Below are positions 7,507 to 12,782 of a stretch of 12,782 bases of DNA, piece after piece. The stretch is from Limisphaerales bacterium (GTDB lineage: Bacteria; Verrucomicrobiota; Verrucomicrobiia; Limisphaerales; JAJOIW01). The stretch spans positions 294,250 to 307,031 of the forward strand of contig CBFHOE010000005.1 of the NCBI GenBank assembly GCA_965657355.1. Direction: 5' to 3'. The stretch's first letter is position 1. Each line of letters opens with the position of its first letter. The notes beneath the pieces are model-generated. The model saw only the letters and a program-made list of their open reading frames with translations, was not told the DNA's origin and searched no databases. The translations under genes and the position numbers were made by a program.

Positions 7507-8694
7507 ATGGAGAAATATAATCCCGATTCGGTCAATAATCATTCGTTTGATTACCAGGCCAGGACCAGAATTGTTTTTGGGGACAAAACTCTCGAGGAAT
7601 TGGGCGGCATAGTTAAGGATTTAAACGGCTCAAAAGCTATACTCGTCACAGATCCCGGATTACTAAAAACTGGACACCCTGATAAGGCAAAATTACTCCT
7701 TGCCGAATCAGGCATCAAAGCTGAAATATTCTCAGATGTCGTCGAAAACCCGACAGCGGAATGTGTTAAAAAGTGTGCCCATCACGCTAAAAGCTTTGAT
7801 GCTGACGTGTTGATTGGCCTGGGAGGGGGCAGTGCAATGGATACTGCCAAAGGAGCCAATTTCCTGGTGACCAATGGTGGGGAAATTGCAGATTTCTGGG
7901 GATTTGGTAAAGCCACAAAACCGATGTTACCAATGATCGCAATACCGACTACTGCCGGCACCGGCAGTGAATGTCAGTCTTTTGCACTTATATCAGCGGA
8001 TGACACCCACATGAAAATGGCTTGCGGAGATTTTAAAGCGGCCCCTAAAGTGGCTCTTCTGGATCCTGAGCTAACGCTAACACTTCCCGCCTCAGTTACT
8101 GCCCATACTGGTATTGATGCGATAGCTCATGCAGTGGAGGCCGCTGTCTGCAAACTCAGAAATCCCTTTTCCACAATGTATGCCCAAAGGGCTTTTGAGC
8201 TAACAATCAACAGCCTACCGCTCGTGCTTAAAAACCCTGATAATTTAGAAGCCAGAGGTAAGATGCTACTAGGTGCTGCTTTTGCAGGAATGGCTATCGA
8301 AAACAGCATGCTGGGCGCGGCACACTCATTGGCAAACCCTCTAACAGCGCATTTTAATTTAATCCATGGAATAGCAGTCGGGGTTATGCTACCACGAGTT
8401 GTAGAATTCAATAGTCAAGAAACGCATTCTAGGAAAATTTATAGTGAATTGGTCAACATCGCCGCTTTGAAAGGGAGAAATGATGATGAGTTTAAATCGG
8501 TATCAATACTCACTAGCACGCTGAACCAGTTACTCCATGAAGCCAATATTTCAGCTAAATTATCGGATCACGGGGTTTCGGACTCCATGATTTCTCGAAT
8601 GGCCAGCGATGCTTCTAAACAATGGACCAAATCCTTCAATCCTCGAGACATATCTGAGTTACAATTTGCAAACTTGTATCAATCAGCCTTCTAA
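7507..8694 (+). CDS. Iron-containing alcohol dehydrogenase
   Basis: Has RIVFG, ILVTDPG, VVENP, GLGGGSAMDTAK, AIPTTAGTGSE and LLDPELTLTLP. The metal ligands are in DAIAH, AAHSLANP and LIHG. Confidence 0.93.
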   Translation: MEKYNPDSVNNHSFDYQARTRIVFGDKTLEELGGIVKDLNGSKAILVTDPGLLKTGHPDKAKLLLAESGIKAEIFSDVVENPTAECVKKCAHHAKSFDADVLIGLGGGSAMDTAKGANFLVTNGGEIADFWGFGKATKPMLPMIAIPTTAGTGSECQSFALISADDTHMKMACGDFKAAPKVALLDPELTLTLPASVTAHTGIDAIAHAVEAAVCKLRNPFSTMYAQRAFELTINSLPLVLKNPDNLEARGKMLLGAAFAGMAIENSMLGAAHSLANPLTAHFNLIHGIAVGVMLPRVVEFNSQETHSRKIYSELVNIAALKGRNDDEFKSVSILTSTLNQLLHEANISAKLSDHGVSDSMISRMASDASKQWTKSFNPRDISELQFANLYQSAF

Positions 8695-8714
8695 TTTTCT
8701 ATCTATTGAAAAAT

Positions 8715-8847
8715 AATCTTGGAGCTGGTTCGATGCATTAGGTCCTATTCTCTTATTCTGAACCAATGAATTTCCTTGGCTCAGGATTCACCGATATATT
8801 TGCTTTTCCTCAGACTGTCTCTCGAACCCCTTCAAGCGCTCCAGATT
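8715..8847. ncRNA. Candidate structured RNA (rod-shaped, 6S-like) or miniature inverted-repeat element
   Basis: Nested pairings found by eye: AATCT-T-GGAGC (8715-8725) with GCTCCAGATT (8838-8847); GGTTCGA (8727-8733) with TCGAACC (8822-8828); GGTC (8741-8744) with GACT (8813-8816); then an unpaired central bubble; then an apical stem ATTCTGA-A-CCAA with TTGG-C-TCAGGAT (8755-8787). The strand and identity are undetermined. Confidence 0.35.
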
Positions 8848-8871
8848 GCTTCATGGCGAGAACATGAAGCA
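8847..8871. other. Perfect 9-bp inverted repeat between convergent genes
   Basis: TGCTTCATG-gcgagaa-CATGAAGCA, with no U tract directly after the stem on either strand. Confidence 0.6.
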
Positions 8872-8915
8872 GCTGTAAAAGTAAGTGATGCAAGAAAAAT
8901 GGATAAACGGATTGG

Positions 8916-11900
8916 TTAAAGGCCTGAATCGAGCTCCGTGACAGGACTGATACCTCTGAGAAAAAGGTGGTTTGGATACTCATTAAAGGTGTCAGGCGGT
9001 AAGATTGTTTGCGACTCATTGCCGTAGATTTTCCATGAGAAAATAGATTCCCATGCCTTTAGGTCATTCGATTTTTGGAGTTTCCAAACTTTTCTCGGCT
9101 CGGAGAGAATCTTCAATTTTAAGACGATAGGTTTGCTAGGCAATTCTTCCATTAAACTCGGATTTAATGCTTCGGGTAAATTGCCAAATACAGAGAGCGT
9201 GTGGTTGTAGCTTCCGGAAATTTGGATAGGCTGGTCATTATTGAAGGTCTGCTGATTTAGCGGAGATAAGGTATAGGACCACACGGCTCCAAAAGAAGAA
9301 CCAGCATCAGGGTGTAAATCTATTCCAGCTGAACTTCCAAAAGCAGCATTATCCCCATAAAAGACGATATCAACGGTGGCTGACGGTTGAAGATTTATGA
9401 GAGCATTAGTGGGCACTCTAAATTCCATAATATTGCCATTAACACCTCTGTCAGTAAACCCGACTAAATTCCATTTCCAATCAACCCCGGTTCCTGCATA
9501 TTGAAAAATTCCTGCAGCCTGAACCATAAGATCGAAGCCATAGCCAGGAACCTGCGATAGCTTGAAACCTGTTTCTTGGTTTTGGTCAGAATCAATAAAT
9601 ACCATTAGCCCCCAGTTCAGTGTAATTGGATAATAATTATCAATAGCGAAAAAGAGACTTGTTTCATCATGGGCAATGTATGCATTCTTCCAATCTATGC
9701 CTGATTCACTATCAAGAACTTCGGAAGAATCACTAGGAAGAGGCGTGAGCGATTTCCAATCGGTGAGATCCCCGTCGAGAAAGACCTGACTCCCATCATT
9801 TGAAAACACCCCTTCAGCCGGAAATTCAATGATAGAAACATCCACTCTGGCTGGCTCTGAGTTTAGTTCACCATCCGAAACGATAAACTCAAAATAATCA
9901 TTTCCAGAAAACCCAGAATTCGGAGTGTACGAGACTGTAGGGGCCGTACCGTTTAATGTTCCACTCGAAGGTTGGGTGACAATTTGAAAGCTTAGATCAG
10001 AACTCTCACGATCAATTCCAGACAAGTTTAAATCTAATGAGGAATTTGTTAAAATGACCCTTGAATCAGGAGTGGCGGAGGGTGCGAAATTTCCATTAGG
10101 GTTTACAAAATAATACTCAATTATTTCTGCGTTTGAAGTAAATCCATCGGGCACGAAATCAAAGGATGATCCCGAGTAGACGCGGTTGTCAGCCAAAAAT
10201 ACCATCTTACAATACTGTGAGCTCCCTAATGCATCTCTATCAATTGCTATTTCAAATTGAGTCATAGAAGAATTGGTGGCTACTTGTGATACGGGTAGTT
10301 TTTGCCAATTCCAGTCAGTACCACCTCCGAGGTATTGGTAGAAATTACCGCCCTGTATCAGGACGTCACCTCCTACGAACCAGTACTGGTAGCCTGTTCC
10401 AAGATTAGCGTCGAGATCAATAAAGATATTGTGCCCCCAATTGAGTGGTGCAGGAAGTTCACTTGTGTAGCCGATAAAGAATTTCTCCTCGTTATGAGCC
10501 AAAGTGACGTTTCTAAAATCAAGCTTATCGTTAGGCTTGTTGGCATCGATGGGGTCCGATGCAGCTAGTTCCAGGGCATCCCACTCTTCGAATTCCCCGT
10601 CGAGGACAAAATGGCGATTCATAATATTATAATTCGCCAAACCATCTGCCGTATTAGGTCTTTGAATGATAATGTCTATTGTTCCAGGCAAACTAAGCCC
10701 GCCCTCATTATCAATAGCCACGACACTGATGGAATCTTTACCAAAGAAGTCAGGGTTCGGGGTGTAGATTCCTTGCAGGCCATTAAAGACGACAGTGCCG
10801 TTGGCTGGTTGAGTTTTGATTTGGATTGAATCAGCAGTCCCATCAAAATCTGATGCTGAAATCTGGAATGCAATATCCTTATTCCAGTCTGAACTCAGTT
10901 GGGTGTTTTTAATCAAAGGCAGTATGTTATCGGTGGGTAAAACTTGAATCTGGTGCTGTCCGAGTCCATTCAAATAAACGCGCACAAGATCCTCAGAAAC
11001 GATTTCCCAATCAGACGTACCGAGCACCTGATATTTTTTACTGACTGATGTGTTAAGGCTGATTTCGACAATACCCTCACCATGAGCAGTAAATTCAAGC
11101 TTTGTTCCATCACCAGCAGTTGATTGCAATTTCAATCGCATGGGTAATTTAGAGATTCTGGTTATTTGCTCAGGCGTTTGTGCAAAGTTTACTTGAAAAA
11201 CCCCACCAGCTTCTGGCACGAAAATGGTATCGTCGTCGTAGGCGAACCAGTTACTGACAGAGCCGATTCGATAACTATCCGAGAACTCGATGGCATACTG
11301 ACCAAGATCCTGACCTGAGAGTTGAACAGTGAGCTTATCGGAGTCGTTCCAGGAATATCTCAATTGATTTGATCTGGCGGCTGAAAAACGTTTCATGAAG
11401 TCCTCAAGAGAGACAAATTCATAATTTTTCAGATAAGCCTCTTTAATAGTTTCTTCGATCATTTCTGGAGAATATTTCCCACTAGCCACACCAGTTGTTA
11501 CAGCGTAATCGTGCCAAAGAAATTGAACGATGCCTTTGGGCATCCCTTTAACTGCTGATTTCAATTCTTCTTTCCAAAATGAAACACTTTCCTCCGGAGT
11601 AAGGCTCATGACGTCCCCCAACACAAAATCAGGGGTCATATTAAGAGAATAATAAAGAAGGCTGTCGTCAGGATTCAGGTATCCGATACTTGGATTTTGG
11701 TAACGATCTGATTGGCTGTAGAATCCATGTCCCGAAATATAGTCTAAATATTTTTTTAATTCGTTAACGACGAAAAGTGTTTCATCCTCACCTGGAATAG
11801 CAGTTCCATAAACAGTATTTCCGAGTCCTGCTTCAATTTCTATTTTTGATTGTTCGAATTCAAACTGCAGAGTCGCGGCATCCAGTATAGAAGTTTGTTG

Positions 11901-12782
11901 AGGGTGCGTGTAACTGTGTGTGCCAATTTCGTTACCCAAGGCTATATATTGATCATAGAGCGGTTTTGAAACAGACCAATCTGTAAACTCACCATTAGCA
12001 GGATTGTCCCCATTATTTATGTAATACGAGCCAACGAAGCTATATTTGGTCTTCCAGTCTTTTAAAAATTCCAATAGAGGGACTGCAGTTTGATTAAGTG
12101 CATAGTAAAATCTTGAAAGATCCATATCGTTACGACCCAGAAAAATTCCATCATGTCTGGTTGGAGACAGTATAAATGGAGCCCCTTCAGCATCTTGAGA
12201 GAAAACCCAGCGAAGCGCTGCCCATGTCATTCGTGTGTCCATCATGACATCGAGACTTGAAAAGTGTACGAATTTCCCACCCCCTCTATTCCCAGCAATA
12301 ACACCGTTGTATTCTATGTTATCAGAAACGATTTTTGCTAATACATCTACGGAAGTATTCGGTGACGCTTCGAACTCGGTGAAGTAAAGCTTGGTATAGT
12401 CCACTATATTTCCGGATTCATTATACATACCTAGAATTGGGTGAAGCGGCGCGTCAACTGGTGGTGCTTGGATTGTTATATTTGCGGGAACACCGTCGAG
12501 ATAAATCTTAGGTTTGATTTTAAATATCAAATCCATCAAAGGAGCAGATTGGTTTTCTGCATACTGTCCATTTTCGTCATATGAGAAAAGCCCAGAAGAA
12601 GCCACAATTCCTACTCCATCTTCTGTCATTAACTTTTTTAGATTACTGGCGATTGCCTGCACATCTGAGACAGAGACACCATCAATAGATGGGATTAATA
12701 AGGCTCCGTAATTGTTCTTAATTGACTCGTAGTCAAGTAAGTCACTTGGTCGCAATAACTCAAAAGGAATTCCAGCCATGAC
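8916..12782 (-). CDS. Large modular polysaccharide deacetylase (GATase-like + NodB/CE4-like + beta linker + 2x[Ig-like + CBM9/DOMON-like] + C-terminal domain); probably 5'-truncated
   Basis: The frame is open to the window edge (GTC ATG GCT...) and there is no signal peptide after this Met, so the true start is probably upstream. NodB-type motifs are RNDMD (~12120-12134), EIGTHSYTHP (HSYTHP 11901-11918), AIPG, FLWHDY (~11505-11522) and YEFVSLEDF. The Ig-like repeats contain QP.NGT...YTPN..F.G.D. Confidence 0.85.
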   Translation of the reverse strand, partial: VMAGIPFELLRPSDLLDYESIKNNYGALLIPSIDGVSVSDVQAIASNLKKLMTEDGVGIVASSGLFSYDENGQYAENQSAPLMDLIFKIKPKIYLDGVPANITIQAPPVDAPLHPILGMYNESGNIVDYTKLYFTEFEASPNTSVDVLAKIVSDNIEYNGVIAGNRGGGKFVHFSSLDVMMDTRMTWAALRWVFSQDAEGAPFILSPTRHDGIFLGRNDMDLSRFYYALNQTAVPLLEFLKDWKTKYSFVGSYYINNGDNPANGEFTDWSVSKPLYDQYIALGNEIGTHSYTHPQQTSILDAATLQFEFEQSKIEIEAGLGNTVYGTAIPGEDETLFVVNELKKYLDYISGHGFYSQSDRYQNPSIGYLNPDDSLLYYSLNMTPDFVLGDVMSLTPEESVSFWKEELKSAVKGMPKGIVQFLWHDYAVTTGVASGKYSPEMIEETIKEAYLKNYEFVSLEDFMKRFSAARSNQLRYSWNDSDKLTVQLSGQDLGQYAIEFSDSYRIGSVSNWFAYDDDTIFVPEAGGVFQVNFAQTPEQITRISKLPMRLKLQSTAGDGTKLEFTAHGEGIVEISLNTSVSKKYQVLGTSDWEIVSEDLVRVYLNGLGQHQIQVLPTDNILPLIKNTQLSSDWNKDIAFQISASDFDGTADSIQIKTQPANGTVVFNGLQGIYTPNPDFFGKDSISVVAIDNEGGLSLPGTIDIIIQRPNTADGLANYNIMNRHFVLDGEFEEWDALELAASDPIDANKPNDKLDFRNVTLAHNEEKFFIGYTSELPAPLNWGHNIFIDLDANLGTGYQYWFVGGDVLIQGGNFYQYLGGGTDWNWQKLPVSQVATNSSMTQFEIAIDRDALGSSQYCKMVFLADNRVYSGSSFDFVPDGFTSNAEIIEYYFVNPNGNFAPSATPDSRVILTNSSLDLNLSGIDRESSDLSFQIVTQPSSGTLNGTAPTVSYTPNSGFSGNDYFEFIVSDGELNSEPARVDVSIIEFPAEGVFSNDGSQVFLDGDLTDWKSLTPLPSDSSEVLDSESGIDWKNAYIAHDETSLFFAIDNYYPITLNWGLMVFIDSDQNQETGFKLSQVPGYGFDLMVQAAGIFQYAGTGVDWKWNLVGFTDRGVNGNIMEFRVPTNALINLQPSATVDIVFYGDNAAFGSSAGIDLHPDAGSSFGAVWSYTLSPLNQQTFNNDQPIQISGSYNHTLSVFGNLPEALNPSLMEELPSKPIVLKLKILSEPRKVWKLQKSNDLKAWESIFSWKIYGNESQTILPPDTFNEYPNHLFLRGISPVTELDSGL
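9264..10928 (-). repeat. Intragenic tandem duplication of an Ig-like + CBM9/DOMON-like module (unit A ~10928-10108, unit B ~10092-9264)
   Basis: Protein-level matches between units: QPANGT..YTPNPDFFGKD / QPSSGT..YTPNSGFSGND; LDGEFEEW / LDGDLTDW; LAHNEEKFFI / IAHDETSLFF; LNWGHNIFIDLDANLGTGY / LNWGLMVFIDSDQNQETGF; YQYLGGGTDWNW / FQYAGTGVDWKW; DFVPD / DLHPD. Confidence 0.85.

Noticed and set aside
6035..8694. ALDH + Fe-ADH as a bacterial microcompartment locus
   Set aside because: There are no shell-protein genes in the window, and the ALDH does not look like the PduP/EutE type.
8720..8842. GGTTCGA T-loop-like motifs and a GGAGC/GCTCCA stem suggesting tRNA or tmRNA
   Set aside because: There is no T-stem closure, cloverleaf or CCA end, and the region is far too short for tmRNA.
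143..12711. Other short antisense or alternate-frame ORFs inside cysN, tadA, leuA, GSDH, ALDH, ADH and the large gene, plus 4258..4491 and 8810..9019
   Set aside because: They overlap strongly supported genes or terminators and show no motifs. Such ORFs are expected by chance.

Overview
This is a bacterial chromosomal window of moderate-to-low GC. Several proteins look verrucomicrobial (Pedosphaera/Limisphaerales-like), but this is an inference from recalled protein families, not a search. Gene order: the 3' part of cysN, a Nudix hydrolase, tadA, a convergent stand-alone CBM48/AMPK-type glycogen-binding protein, and a monocistronic leuA. leuA is preceded by a clear Leu leader-peptide attenuator and followed by an intrinsic terminator. 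Next is a likely three-gene oxidoreductase operon: a secreted GSDH/PQQ-type beta-propeller, an atypical GriD/ThnO-like ALDH-fold protein lacking the general-base Glu, and an Fe-containing alcohol dehydrogenase. A 221-bp intergenic region can fold into a long rod-like RNA. The window ends with a large 5'-truncated minus-strand gene encoding a GATase-like domain, a NodB/CE4-type deacetylase, two copies of an Ig + CBM9/DOMON-like module, and a verrucomicrobial-type C-terminal domain. I saw no CRISPR array, tRNA, rRNA or transposase.
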